From a virus, in the IMG/VR virus record IMGVR_UViG_3300042901_002277: a DNA stretch of 64,000 nucleotides; one strand, written 5' to 3'. Positions 36,383-47,600 of the stretch are shown in pieces. The notes beneath the pieces are model-generated. The model ran no database searches. It saw only the letters and a program-made list of their open reading frames with translations, and was not told where the DNA came from. Every line of letters starts with the position of its first letter. The stretch's first letter is position 1. Position numbers and translations under genes: made by a program.

Positions 36383-37956
36383 CAGAAGTCTCTTATATTG
36401 CGATTTTTGCCTGAAGTCCGTTTTGGTGCTGGTGGTCCAGCTTGCGGCAACGGCTTAAATATAGCGTCTGCTGCTTGACCTTTACGCGGTAGTTCGATTG
36501 GTTTCACTCTTGGTCCGCCACCAGGGCTTTGTGGTCCCTTGTCAATACTGTCTGGGCGTCTACGGTCTTCTGCGCTCGTGGGGCGACGTGAATCAGTTTG
36601 ACCTCTTCTTGTCGCTGCATCTGTTGCGCCAACGCCACGATTTGCTCTTGACCTATCGGCTGAATCAGGTCTCCTGTTGGGTGCTGAACGGTCTGTTCTG
36701 TCAGCGCCTCGTCTATCGTCAGCACTTGTTGGTCTACGTGAATCAGTTTGTCCACGACGAGTTGCGGCATCTGATGCCTGTGGGGTTCCACGATTTGCTT
36801 GAACACGCTCTGCCGAGTCGATACGACGAGCTGGTGGAGAATTATCAACTCTGTCTGCTGGCTTTCTGTCTGCAGCAGATGAGCGCTGTGCCTGACCGGT
36901 AAGTCTGTCGCTTTGCGCTTGGTTTCTTCTATCTCTCGCTGCATCAGTATTTGCTCTGCCGATTTGAGCTTGTGCCTCAGCTCCGGAACGAACAGTTTGC
37001 TTATCGAAAGCAGCGCGTGCTCGAGCTCTAGCATCTCTTTCTTTCTTTGAACGGTTTGCTACATCCCTGTTTGGCTTGATGCCCTGAGAGGCCAGTTGTC
37101 CACGTACGAACTTTCTACGACGCTTCTCGTAATCAGAATTGCTTTGTCGCTTGTACGGAACTCGCTGTTCATCTGGCGTACCATCAAAAATCATTCCGTC
37201 GCCGTCACTGTCAACTGCGTCTAGCGAACCTTGTGCTGTTGCGCCAATTGTCCCACCGCGCTGCTGACCGATGGTCTGTCCTTGAAGTTGCTTTTCTTCT
37301 ACTGATTCAGAACCATCTTTTTTCTTTGTATTCTGGTATCTCTCAAGAAGTCTCTTGCCCTTAGCGGCAAGCTTCGCTGCATCTTCTGCATTCTTTGGAA
37401 CTCTTTCGCCCCACGCCGCAGCAGAAAGCGCTAAACGTGTTGCTCTACCTTTTTCATCAACCATTGGGCCTGATGGATTCGTAAAAAATCTTGTAAGAAA
37501 TGAACCTTTGCGACGCATCTTTTCCGGGGTGTCAGCAGCGCCCTTTACTCCTGGCTTTAGGTTTGAGCCTTCTGTTCTGTTGAAGTGCGCTCTTCCAGCT
37601 GCTGTCAAACCACCCTTTGGGTCTTTTAGTTTTTGCTTTGCTGATTTCTCATCTACCGGAACGCAGTTTGGAACCATCTTTCCGGCCTTGCTTCTCTTCA
37701 TCCCGATTTGCTTATAACCGTCCCAGCACGGACTGTCTGATGCTTTTGTTTCGTTGTCCTCGAAAGAGTCAAAATCATCCGAGTAATTATCAAACACTTT
37801 TGACGAGAAGTACTCGTCATATATAGGCATTAATTCTTCGTCATCTACTTCTGATACCACTTCAACCTTGAGATTGAGCAATTCTTCGAAAAGTTGGTCG
37901 TCATCTATTTCGTTCATTTCACAATTCTCCCATATTTTTATTGGTTTGAAGGACAA
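36382..37956 (-). CDS. head-associated mosaic protein (DUF6321-like, Arg-rich repeats)
   Basis: PCWDGY...VPNCVP; KDPKGGLTAAGR...RRKGSF; DSDGDGMIFDGTP; duplicated DAATRRGQTDSRRPTSA. Confidence 0.65.
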   Translation of the reverse strand: MSFKPIKIWENCEMNEIDDDQLFEELLNLKVEVVSEVDDEELMPIYDEYFSSKVFDNYSDDFDSFEDNETKASDSPCWDGYKQIGMKRSKAGKMVPNCVPVDEKSAKQKLKDPKGGLTAAGRAHFNRTEGSNLKPGVKGAADTPEKMRRKGSFLTRFFTNPSGPMVDEKGRATRLALSAAAWGERVPKNAEDAAKLAAKGKRLLERYQNTKKKDGSESVEEKQLQGQTIGQQRGGTIGATAQGSLDAVDSDGDGMIFDGTPDEQRVPYKRQSNSDYEKRRRKFVRGQLASQGIKPNRDVANRSKKERDARARARAAFDKQTVRSGAEAQAQIGRANTDAARDRRNQAQSDRLTGQAQRSSAADRKPADRVDNSPPARRIDSAERVQANRGTPQASDAATRRGQTDSRRPTSADDRRGADRTDRSAPNRRPDSADRSRANRGVGATDAATRRGQTDSRRPTSAEDRRRPDSIDKGPQSPGGGPRVKPIELPRKGQAADAIFKPLPQAGPPAPKRTSGKNRNIRDF

Positions 37957-37968
37957 TAAATGATAACA

Positions 37969-38502
37969 CTAGCCAGCGTCAACAATCATGTGAATCCTAT
38001 GAGTGGAGCCGCCATTGTCAACCTTGTGGACTCTGTTTGTGTTATCTATCACCCAAATCTCCCCTGGTTTTAAATTCTTGGAAATGCCACCAACCGTAAA
38101 AGAACATAGACCGTTTGTAACAATTGGTATGTGTATTCTGTGGGTGTTTCGGTGCACCACCCCCTGGTCTTTGTGTGGTTTGATAATCCCACCAGGGTTC
38201 ATCCTTGTCAACATTGAGGACTTTTCCGACACTTGACCGATGTGTTCTCTGGCGATTTCGCAGACTTTCATTATATCCGAACTGAATTGTTCGTAATGTT
38301 TGTGTTTTTCTGGACTTGAGTCATTTGACTTCGGAGAATACTTCAACGGGATTGTCTCGGTGTGGTAGCTGGCTTGCCCCATTGTGTTTTTTCTACCCTC
38401 ATATTCACTCCAATCTAGGTCATTGAAGGATAAAACCTTATTCAATAGGTTTTGAAAGTCGGGGAAAACTCCAATATACCTAAATGCTTCATTTTCTTTC
38501 AT
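37969..38502 (-). CDS. aspartyl/asparaginyl beta-hydroxylase-like 2OG-Fe(II) oxygenase
   Basis: IKPHKD, RIHIPIVTN, HKVDN...RIHMIVD. Confidence 0.85.
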   Translation of the reverse strand: MKENEAFRYIGVFPDFQNLLNKVLSFNDLDWSEYEGRKNTMGQASYHTETIPLKYSPKSNDSSPEKHKHYEQFSSDIMKVCEIAREHIGQVSEKSSMLTRMNPGGIIKPHKDQGVVHRNTHRIHIPIVTNGLCSFTVGGISKNLKPGEIWVIDNTNRVHKVDNGGSTHRIHMIVDAG

Positions 38503-38518
38503 GAAATCATCCTGTATA

Positions 38519-38557
38519 AAAAAAGAAACCCCCGGTTTTTAGGCCGGGGGTTTCTTG
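38519..38557 (-). terminator. intrinsic terminator after capsid gene
   Basis: AAGAAACCCCCGG...CCGGGGGTTTCTT + U-tract. Confidence 0.85.
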
Positions 38558-38576
38558 ACTTACTTTTTGACTTTGA

Positions 38577-39953
38577 TTATGCGCCTGGTGCAGCGTCAAA
38601 ATCAATCGAAACGAACGCTTCTGGACGCTTAACAGCGAGAGCAAGTCTCTGTTCTGCAAGAATCACGATTGCGTTGCGCACGAAGAAGTCTGAGTGCTGT
38701 TCCGAAATTCGGATTGAAGCCTGCTCGCGGTCGTACAGCTGTGCAGCAGTACCGAAGGCACCGACGAGGCCGGTTCCTTCTGTCATTGCTGGAGTGTCGA
38801 TAACTGGCATTCTCCAAACGCGTGGCTCGCCACCCATTGCAACCGAAACTGCGATGAGGTATTGACCCTGCTCGTCCTTCGTCAACTCGATGTCTTCCCA
38901 GTCGTTCGGGTGCAATACAACGCCCGATGGCTCGTAGTAAGCCAAGAACGAGAGTGTTGCAGCGCGACGAATTGCATCAGCCTTGGTGTCTGCTACTGGA
39001 GCAGTTGCACCGTCTGACCATGCGTATGTCTGGATGTTTGGTGTGTTCAAAACGCCCAAGAGGTTCTCGCCAGCGCCATCGCCGTTAAGAATTTGGTTGT
39101 CTTCCAACAAACGAAGGCCGTACATCAATTCGTTGTCGATGATTGAACGCAGCTGTGGCTCATCGGCAAGGACGTTGCGGTGTGCAGCTTCCCAGTGTGC
39201 CAATGTGCGAACAGGAGCCTGCTCACCAACGAATGAGAATGATGACTGTGGCTTCAACGCAAATGCGCTGTTTCCACCGTTACGCTCTGCAATTGTTGAT
39301 GCTGAGTTAACACCAGCAGCGTAGCCGTAACCCTCCTGGATAGGAGTGGTGAAGCCGAGCTGACGGAAGTACTCAATAACAGCAGCAGTTGTTGTGCGAA
39401 CTGGGAACAAGTCACGAACACGCTTGGTGCGCATTGGCTGTGTAATCATCGCATCGCGCTGTACTGAACCAAACGAGCCAAGACGGCTGTTTGCTACGTC
39501 AGTTCCAGGGATTGCTGAGTAAACATCCTTTACGTTGTATGAACCAGATGTGAATGAAGCCTTTACCTGCCATGGTGCAACCATGTTTGCGCCGTTGCGG
39601 CCGTTTGCGAGGGTCTTGAATTCTGCTGAGTCCAAGAACATTTCGCCGATTGACTTGATTTCACGGCTTGAAAGCTGTGCAACTTCTGCACTTGCTGCAG
39701 CGAATGAACCTGCAACACTCTCAGCTGGCTGTGAAGCCCAAGAATCAACGCTGTTCATCGTCTGCATACCGTCGATGAGGCTCTTGATTTCCTTGATGTC
39801 TGACATGTTCTTGTCGAACGCTGTCTTCTGCTCAGGGGTGACGACAACTGTGCCGTCTTCTACACGGAATGAATCCGCAATGGCCTTATTATCGGCCATC
39901 TTTCCACGAAGTGCACCTTGCAGTTCGTTTAATCTTGAATTGTCTTGCGACAT
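38577..39953 (-). CDS. HK97-fold major capsid protein
   Basis: QILNGDG, VLHPNDW, GQYL, FVRNAIVILAEQRLALAVKRPEAF; N-terminal delta/scaffold region. Confidence 0.95.
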   Translation of the reverse strand: MSQDNSRLNELQGALRGKMADNKAIADSFRVEDGTVVVTPEQKTAFDKNMSDIKEIKSLIDGMQTMNSVDSWASQPAESVAGSFAAASAEVAQLSSREIKSIGEMFLDSAEFKTLANGRNGANMVAPWQVKASFTSGSYNVKDVYSAIPGTDVANSRLGSFGSVQRDAMITQPMRTKRVRDLFPVRTTTAAVIEYFRQLGFTTPIQEGYGYAAGVNSASTIAERNGGNSAFALKPQSSFSFVGEQAPVRTLAHWEAAHRNVLADEPQLRSIIDNELMYGLRLLEDNQILNGDGAGENLLGVLNTPNIQTYAWSDGATAPVADTKADAIRRAATLSFLAYYEPSGVVLHPNDWEDIELTKDEQGQYLIAVSVAMGGEPRVWRMPVIDTPAMTEGTGLVGAFGTAAQLYDREQASIRISEQHSDFFVRNAIVILAEQRLALAVKRPEAFVSIDFDAAPGA

Positions 39954-40101
39954 GTTTTGCTCCTATTGGAATTGTTTGAGGGTTGGATTATTTACTTCGT
40001 GGCTTAGGTAAGCACCCAGCCCTAGTTATATAAAGTAACAGAGATTTACACCTTTTAGTGGAACTACTTTATTTGCAAATAAAAGTGTGTAAATGATTAA
40101 T

Positions 40102-40821
40102 TTAATCTTCTGTCAGTTCTTCTTGGATTGATTTTTTTCTTTTTAGTTTTCCTAGCTCTTCTCGTAAAACTGTTCTGATTACATTTCTTTCTTGCGCAGC
40201 TCTTCCTCTTCGTCCAAGCGAAGTTGTGCCAGCTAAACGGGCGTAATCACTCATGTTTGTGCACGGCATCCAAACTGCCCTGCCAGTTTTGGATATTCTT
40301 CTGCTTATCCCAATACACCCCATTTGACGCGAACGAGCACGAGCTGATTCCGGGTCAGTAAAAACATCTGGGTCATTGTCTCTAACGTATTGAGGACCAG
40401 TCATTGCCGCTTTTGCCATGCTCGCGCCAAACATGTTCATTGTTGGGCCGCCAGAAACGGTAGAACCACTTGATACGGATGAGCCAATAGCTTGAGGTGG
40501 CGCGAACTGGTTTGGACCAGAAGTTATGCCAGGACCAGAGCCGTTTATCCCCTGTATTGGTCTTTCTTGAAGTTTTTCCCAGCCGTTTCTTTTTTTCTTA
40601 CGCTTCTTGCGACCGACTTCTTCTCTTTCAAGACGCCCTTCGACCGATGACTTCTCTTTCCATTTAGAAGTTTCTGCTCTGTTGGAAATTCGCTCTAAAG
40701 AATCCATTGAAGCACAAGGCATCCAATTCCCGTCTTCGTCTTTATGTGCCCCTCTGCATCCAATCATTTCTGCAACACGAAGCGCTTCCATCTTTTTGAC
40801 TAATTCTTTTTGCTTAGCCAT
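40102..40821 (-). CDS. head-associated protein with two DUF3721-like WMPC motifs
   Basis: GCRGAH...WMPC and GCIGI...WMPC. Confidence 0.65.
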   Translation of the reverse strand: MAKQKELVKKMEALRVAEMIGCRGAHKDEDGNWMPCASMDSLERISNRAETSKWKEKSSVEGRLEREEVGRKKRKKKRNGWEKLQERPIQGINGSGPGITSGPNQFAPPQAIGSSVSSGSTVSGGPTMNMFGASMAKAAMTGPQYVRDNDPDVFTDPESARARSRQMGCIGISRRISKTGRAVWMPCTNMSDYARLAGTTSLGRRGRAAQERNVIRTVLREELGKLKRKKSIQEELTED

Positions 40822-40822
40822 T

Positions 40823-41557
40823 CTAGAATCGCTTCAGTCTTTGCTCTATGGCCTTGCTTATTCTTGTGCCATGGCTTAATTCTTGATTTTCAGATAGTGA
40901 TTTAACTCTTCTTAACGAGCGGTTGCTTGTACAGCCAATTTCTGACTTCTCGTCAATAAACCGAGATATCTTTCTCGACATGCCAAATCCTGCTGATTCT
41001 TGAATTTTCATAGATTCAAAAGATTGCTTGTATTCTGAGCGTTGGTCGATAAATTTTCCAGATTTAGTATCGATTGAGACTTTTTTGCTTTTCGCCTCTT
41101 TTATTAAAGAAATCTTTTTAATCTTATTTTTGAAAGATTTTGCTCTGTAATCGAACTTTGAGAACTCTGATGAAGTTTTATCCACTTTTTCTAATTTAGT
41201 CTCAATTTCTGAATTCTTGTTAATTATGGTTCTGCCAACAAAAACGGTTTTTGAAGCAAAAGTCTTCTTAATCACCTTTTCGGCGAATTCATTCAATTCT
41301 ATTTTCTTTGACAATGTTTTATCAATAATCGATTTTGCCGCATTATCGCTAATAGACCTGAATGCAGTTGATTCAGTCCATTCTGGAGCTTTTATGTCAG
41401 CTTCTGAAGCAAATGTCTTTTGTGCGTGCTCGGCCCAATCTGAACCCATTTCATGGAATCCGTAGAAAGACAAAGAATCATCACTTTTCACAACTAGCGC
41501 AAATGGAGTATCTCTGACCACATCTTTAATTACGAGTATTTCAGGCATCTGTTCCAC
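40823..41557 (-). CDS. hypothetical Lys-rich protein
   Basis: 244 aa in head operon. Confidence 0.65.
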   Translation of the reverse strand: MEQMPEILVIKDVVRDTPFALVVKSDDSLSFYGFHEMGSDWAEHAQKTFASEADIKAPEWTESTAFRSISDNAAKSIIDKTLSKKIELNEFAEKVIKKTFASKTVFVGRTIINKNSEIETKLEKVDKTSSEFSKFDYRAKSFKNKIKKISLIKEAKSKKVSIDTKSGKFIDQRSEYKQSFESMKIQESAGFGMSRKISRFIDEKSEIGCTSNRSLRRVKSLSENQELSHGTRISKAIEQRLKRF

Positions 41558-43571
41558 CTTTTAGCATTTCAACAATATTCCTCTTGCTGTTAGAGAGGGT
41601 TTCTAGTCTGTTTTTGTACAAAGTTTCAACTATCGACAAGTGGGTCTTTTCTCCAGCAGAGAGCCCATCTTTTTCAAATCGACTACGTAGCTCGTTCATC
41701 TTAAAAGAGCGCGCTCTCTTAAGCAGCGCTTCAATATGCTTCCTATATGCAACCTGTTGGTCTTGCTTTAAGTTGTTGTAATATTCGGAGTACCTAGCAC
41801 CGTTTGAGCCTTGGTAAAACCCAGCGATAGTCATTTTTGCTCTCTTGGATATCTGAATCTTGTCAAGGTCAACCAACCCAGACGTCACGTTCTGTGCGAG
41901 CATCGGCACTGCGCCTTCGGGTGTTGTTAATGGATAGATTGAAGAACTAGGTCTATCTCTTTGGTCTGTCAAGAAATCAGAGACCATTATCGCTGCAACG
42001 TCTTCTGGTTTTAGGTCGGAGAACTTTACGTCAGGGCTAAACGTTGCACCCTTTAGCGCTGTTTCAACATCTTCTCGGATGTATCTTCTCTTATCTGACG
42101 GCTTGTCAGCAAAGATTACGTCTGGAGACTGCAAACCTAGATGTTGTTGTAAATCAGATGCAAATCTTTCAGCCAGGTGTTGATACTTCTTTGGTGATGA
42201 ATACAGGAAATACTTATCTGCGCCAATTGTGAGAAGAGACTGGTTGTTCGCAAGTTTTCTCTCTTGTATAAGCTTACTGTTCGCCAACAGCTTTGGCATT
42301 ATTTCTGCTGAGACCATAGATATTGAGCCACCTGCAGAAACATGTTCAATTGCAGCTTCAAGAGAGGTTATCTTCTTCCCGGTTTGAGCAGTTGATGAAG
42401 ACTGTCTTGCAACAGTCCCACTTTCTCCTGCAGTGGCTTTTGGTCTTCTTTTGCCAGAGAAAGCCTCAGTCGCCCAACGGAATTTTCCTTTTACTATTTC
42501 ATTTGGATTTTTGATTCCTATAAAGTTTTCCGAGTATCTAATTCCATCGCCCGTTTCGTCTGCAACCATCTTTAGCTTGGATGCAGGGTCAGATGTTGAC
42601 TGCGACTCAATTGCTGTATTGACAGTGCGACCAAGTTTTCTTCTCTCACCAACTGAAAGCTTTCTTGCCTTCTCTAGCGTGATTGTGGAGCTACCGGGGA
42701 GAACATAGATAAGCGACTTAACGCCAGTATTGGATAGAAGGCCAAGTTCGTCATTGCCGATGTCGTCTGGGGAGAGAGCGGAAAGGATGTATGTTGCGCC
42801 TTCCATGTCTCTGTTATCGGGGATTGCTCTTAGCACCTTTGCGGGAACTACTGGCTCTAGAACAAAACCATCTCTTCTGACCATTCTTGTGGCCTTGCCG
42901 TTGTACCCACCAATTTCTGAAACCATACCCTTTACTTGCTCTGCAGCGGAACGTGGGTTGTCAAGTGAAACTTTTGGAATCTGTGGCTTGCGTGATTCGA
43001 TTAAACCCCCGGGTAAATCACCAGGGGTCAGAGGCTTCCCTGTTACGGGTTCTGGTTTTGCAGGGCCACGTCCTGCGCGTCGCAAAGCAGCAACAAGCAT
43101 TCTTAGCGGAGATGGAATATCAAAAAGTTTTGCTCCACACGTGGATAAACGCGAGTCAGTAAATCTTCCACCGTATTGGTATCCTTCTGGACACCTGTAG
43201 CCACGATTCTGCCCTGGCTTTGAGCCACCGACACCACCAGGTTTCCCGGGTGTAAGAGTTCTGTAGATTGCAGAGCGGACAGGGGAGCGGATTGGGTCAG
43301 AGTCTCCAGGGATTGCAATGCTCCTCAGAGTAGAACCAATCCGTGAAGCTTTTGTTTGTATCTCTACGGAGTCGAATGCGCTCTTTCTGAGAATCCTGTC
43401 TGTCCCATTACGCTTGGACAAAGCCTTGAATGACACTACATTTTCAGAAAGCTTTATTCTTGAGCGCGCAATATTATGCAGATTCTTTGCATCAATATCT
43501 GCAATTACGATACGCGCGACAACTACGGCACGCCCAGGACAGCATGGCAATGAGCCATCAATTTCACTCAT
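41541..43571 (-). CDS. head-associated protein with degenerate PI3/4-kinase/HipA-like C-terminal domain
   Basis: AERFASDL...LGL..P and SDFLTDQRDR; RCPEG...GGRFTD motif; start reassigned to MSEIDG. Confidence 0.55.
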   Translation of the reverse strand: MSEIDGSLPCCPGRAVVVARIVIADIDAKNLHNIARSRIKLSENVVSFKALSKRNGTDRILRKSAFDSVEIQTKASRIGSTLRSIAIPGDSDPIRSPVRSAIYRTLTPGKPGGVGGSKPGQNRGYRCPEGYQYGGRFTDSRLSTCGAKLFDIPSPLRMLVAALRRAGRGPAKPEPVTGKPLTPGDLPGGLIESRKPQIPKVSLDNPRSAAEQVKGMVSEIGGYNGKATRMVRRDGFVLEPVVPAKVLRAIPDNRDMEGATYILSALSPDDIGNDELGLLSNTGVKSLIYVLPGSSTITLEKARKLSVGERRKLGRTVNTAIESQSTSDPASKLKMVADETGDGIRYSENFIGIKNPNEIVKGKFRWATEAFSGKRRPKATAGESGTVARQSSSTAQTGKKITSLEAAIEHVSAGGSISMVSAEIMPKLLANSKLIQERKLANNQSLLTIGADKYFLYSSPKKYQHLAERFASDLQQHLGLQSPDVIFADKPSDKRRYIREDVETALKGATFSPDVKFSDLKPEDVAAIMVSDFLTDQRDRPSSSIYPLTTPEGAVPMLAQNVTSGLVDLDKIQISKRAKMTIAGFYQGSNGARYSEYYNNLKQDQQVAYRKHIEALLKRARSFKMNELRSRFEKDGLSAGEKTHLSIVETLYKNRLETLSNSKRNIVEMLKGGTDA

Positions 43572-44229
43572 AGTCCCCACCACAGCACTCTGCAGACTTG
43601 CGACCTTCTGGAATCTCAAACTTCATGGTCTCGCCATTTTCGTCTTCGCCTTCCATTTCCCAGTTTTTGTCGTCTCTTAGGAATTCAGAGAACTTTGGCT
43701 CCATCTCGATGAAGTCGCGCAAGACGCTAAAAGCATGGAGAATGTCTGATTCGGTTACAACGTCCTTTGGGTTATTCCCATCGGCGCTCTTAAACTCATG
43801 AAAGAATACATCGTCTTCGTAATGTGAATCATTGAGAGACTTTTTCACAGTGCGCTTTGCTGCTCTACGCAGATGACTTGAAAATTCAGAATTTGACCAG
43901 TTTCTTTTCTTCAATTTTCCGCGGCAGTTCTTCATGCCTGGATGATGGCATCCCTCATTTGGCCAAAGACCAGTTGTTTCATGATGCAACCATGCACAAA
44001 TATTGTTCAATGGGTATAGCTCTGGGTGGTTTGCAAGAATCACTCTACAACGACGGAATCCGCCTGGCTTACGCATGATTGGTCGCCAGTAACGCAAAAG
44101 TCGTTCTAGGTTTCCACGACGAGGGCCGTATCCACGGAGCAGGTCGCCAGTGACTAGCTCTTGAGGGATTATTCCGCCAAGAGGGTCGAGTTTCACTTCG
44201 TTATTTTCGAATTCAGAACTCATTGCCAT
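43564..44229 (-). CDS. head-module protein
   Basis: LLRYW...PGGFRRC...CAWLH..TTGLWP motif of the type seen in actinophage head genes. Confidence 0.6.
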   Translation of the reverse strand: MAMSSEFENNEVKLDPLGGIIPQELVTGDLLRGYGPRRGNLERLLRYWRPIMRKPGGFRRCRVILANHPELYPLNNICAWLHHETTGLWPNEGCHHPGMKNCRGKLKKRNWSNSEFSSHLRRAAKRTVKKSLNDSHYEDDVFFHEFKSADGNNPKDVVTESDILHAFSVLRDFIEMEPKFSEFLRDDKNWEMEGEDENGETMKFEIPEGRKSAECCGGDYE

Positions 44230-44647
44230 CCTCGTGTTTATTTGCGGAATTGTCTACCTTATAATCTACCATTTTAATGAGACTCTTATTATTTATAAAG
44301 TCAATTGCTCGTGCATTCTTCTTTTCGAGTTTCACTTTTGTTTCACCAACTGTTGACAGTGTTGTTATACCCTCAAGAACTTCTTTTTCTATTTCGACAT
44401 CTTTCTTGATGAATGTCTCATACCATTTCCCCTTTGTTGGATTCTTGGGAGCATCCCATAGAGAACGATGAAACTTGGTGTTTCTAATCTTGTTTAATCC
44501 TTGTGCCTTTGACGCCCACGAAAAGAAGTAAATCTTTACAGAGGAGCCATCTGGTCTTACGATTGCTCCATCCTTTTCTCCAGCCTTTGCGTCTACGTCG
44601 TAATAGACCTTGTTCCCGTCGTATGTTCCAACAAGTACAGCTTTCAT
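44213..44647 (-). CDS. hypothetical protein
   Basis: 144 aa in operon. Confidence 0.65.
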   Translation of the reverse strand: MKAVLVGTYDGNKVYYDVDAKAGEKDGAIVRPDGSSVKIYFFSWASKAQGLNKIRNTKFHRSLWDAPKNPTKGKWYETFIKKDVEIEKEVLEGITTLSTVGETKVKLEKKNARAIDFINNKSLIKMVDYKVDNSANKHEDGNEF

Positions 44648-44649
44648 AA

Positions 44650-47600
44650 TTAGTCGACCATCAAATCTAATTGCCCGCTTTTTCTGATGCTGTCAAGTGT
44701 TTTCTTTAGTTCTGCTTCAACTTCTGCATCGATGTTTCTCTTAAGTATCTCATCAACCCTGGTTGTTGGGCTGGCTGTTTTATCATACGAACGAGGATTC
44801 TCGATATTCATGCCTTGTGGGTGAGCGAACTTGACGTAGCCGATTCCCATTCCTTCATACTTCTCTTTAATCTTCTTAGCAGCACGATACTCCTTGAGCT
44901 TTACCATGCTTACCGTATTTAATGGTTTGCCCCCAGATATTGAATAGAAGTAGGCAACCTCTTCTGGCGTGAATCCAAGTTTCTCAAGCTTTGATGCAAG
45001 CGACCTATCGTTCACAACATCCGAGATGTCTTCAGACTCTGCAACCTTTGCAACCTTTGTGTACGGGTAGTGAATTCCCTCTACTTCGCTCTTCTTGAAT
45101 CCACCAAGAATCTGGGCCTCAAATGGCTCGTGACCTCTAGTCGACGAGTCAACAGCGCCAACTGGCGCCATTCTGCCATTTTCATCCATTGATGCATTGA
45201 CAGAGGAGAAGTTCTTGTCCATCTTTGCTCCTAGAAGATGAAGCATCGCTTCGGTGTTCTGTTTCTTTGAAGAAATCCCATCAGCATTCATGATTGCGTC
45301 GGCGATGTCATCAGGGTCGTTGGAGTTCATCGCTACTGGTCTGTGCGCCGACTGTAGGGCCTCTCCGCGTCCGTATGCAGTGCGATTAGACACTTCTGGC
45401 TTGAGGATTACCTCTATCTCCCCTAGCGCCGTAAGACCGTCTCCCACAATGTCATTGTCGCCAACCTCAAAGATTGCATCGCTTCCGATATTGCCCTTGC
45501 CCGACGCGGCTACTCTTCTCTTCTTTTCTTCATTGTGTGAACGATGCACAACGTATCCGCTGACAGGCTTGGCTGAGTTTGGAGTTGATTTGCTAATGCC
45601 AATCCTGCTGTTGTACTCATCTCTAAATACATCTGATGAGCGTCCAGCCCTTCTGCCTGAACTAAATACACCATCAAAGTCATCGAACTCGGTCTTTACT
45701 GGTTTGTAGTCATTCTCATCAAACCCAGCAAACGGGTCATCGTATTCATTCGATATTGAAGTTGACGGAGTTGTTGGTGTTGCGTCAAAATCGCCAAACG
45801 GGTCAGTCTCTGAGGGCTTGCTCTTTCCTCTGCCAAACCTTTTCCCTATTTTTTCACGAGCAGAACCAATCACCTGTCCCGCATTTTCAAACAACTCGCC
45901 TCTTTCGGCTCGTATGATATTGCCGAACTCATCAAGTCTCTGCCTGTTCTCATCTGTAACGACTCGCTCATCAATGAAATCTGAAGCAATAGTCCAAGCG
46001 TCTGCAAGCTTGTCCACCACTGGGTCCGGAAGGCCGTTTGGTGCGACTCGGTCAACAGCCGACATTGCAACATCCATTTGATTCTGGGTTATCCTGCCCC
46101 TTTCAACTGCTTCCTCTAGACCGCGTTCAGCAATTTCTCGTCCAGCCCTTCTGGCAACATCAACCGCAAGCGCGGTTGCGAAACCAGCAGGTCCACCAGC
46201 AGCAAGAGCACCAGCCATGTTTACGCCGTACTTAACGCGTTCACGAGTATCTTCATCTGCTCCTGAACGCTTCAGAACTGCATCCAATACTCGCCCTGTT
46301 GCACGACTGCCAGCGATTCCAGCAACTCTCTGCTTCCTACTTGAACCACTTCTTGCCCCAGAAGAGAGCTTTGGAGACTCCCTTCTAGTTATTGGATTCA
46401 GTCTTCTCTCAAGTCTTCTTCCAATTGCACCACTTTCAAGGATGATGTCGTCGGTTTCCGTCGGAAGGAATTCACCATCATCCGCAAACTTAGTAAGTTG
46501 ACTTTCTGTCATTCTTATGCGTGGCCGCTTATCTATTCCTGCGTGGAACTCAACTGCAGCATCTTCAACATCCTTGAGTATTGCTTCTATTGACTTTCTA
46601 GCAACAACATCAGCTACTGCTGGGTCTAGTGATTCCCTCGACATGTCGTTCATTACATCTCTTGGACTCTCACCAGCCATGACGCGCTTGGTATCTTCAA
46701 ATGTCATATTTGCCCTGGTGGCTCTTAAAACTTTTCTTTCTTCGCGCGTCTGTGGGACGCCAAGAACTTCACGCCCTGCAGTTGGGTCCGACGCAGAACC
46801 TACTGACGTCATGCCACTTTCTGACACATAGTCTTCAGACGGTGGTTCACCAAAAGAACCGCCAGCGCTTATTACTTCACGCTTGACTTCTACGTTCTTG
46901 TCTTCGATTTCTACGTCACGCTTTGGTCGTGATGGAGTAGAAGAAAGACCGTTCTCCCTTCTTTGCGCAACATACTTATTGGCAACTCTGTCAATCTTCT
47001 TCTTGGTCCCCTTTGCGTGCCTCGATACGCCAGAACCTTCTTCGCCTATAGATGCAGAAAGCCTGTCTAGAACATCAACGACATTATCCTGCTCTTGAAC
47101 GCGGACGACTACTGTTCCGTCAGGCTTTACATCAACAACTTTCATTTTTCCTGGAGGAAGAATTAAAGCCCCTTCTTGACCGAGTTCTGTTTCATTAGTC
47201 CTGAATAGACCTTTATCACCCTTAGATACTTGCACTATTACGCGAGTCTTTTCCTTACCGGCACGAGTAACCACATCGCCATCAGGGTCACGCACTTCTC
47301 CTGGCTTATGTGGTGATTCATCAGTGATGATTCGTCCACTTACAAAACCTTGATTATCGAAGTTCTCGCTTATGTCTTTAAATCCGCTCTCTGTTACACC
47401 AAAATAAATCTCTGCTTCGATTTCCAGGTCATCAGGGATGGATGACTCATCTATCGCTTCCATTGCTGGAATAAGGACTTTCTGGATTTGGTCTTCGAGT
47501 GATGCCGTATCGCTTTCTGGAGACAGGTTTCCAGCACTTCTTTGCGCCCTTCGATAACTGCGGTTAATACTCTTTACTGCCGCTACGTTGCTGTCTGGGT

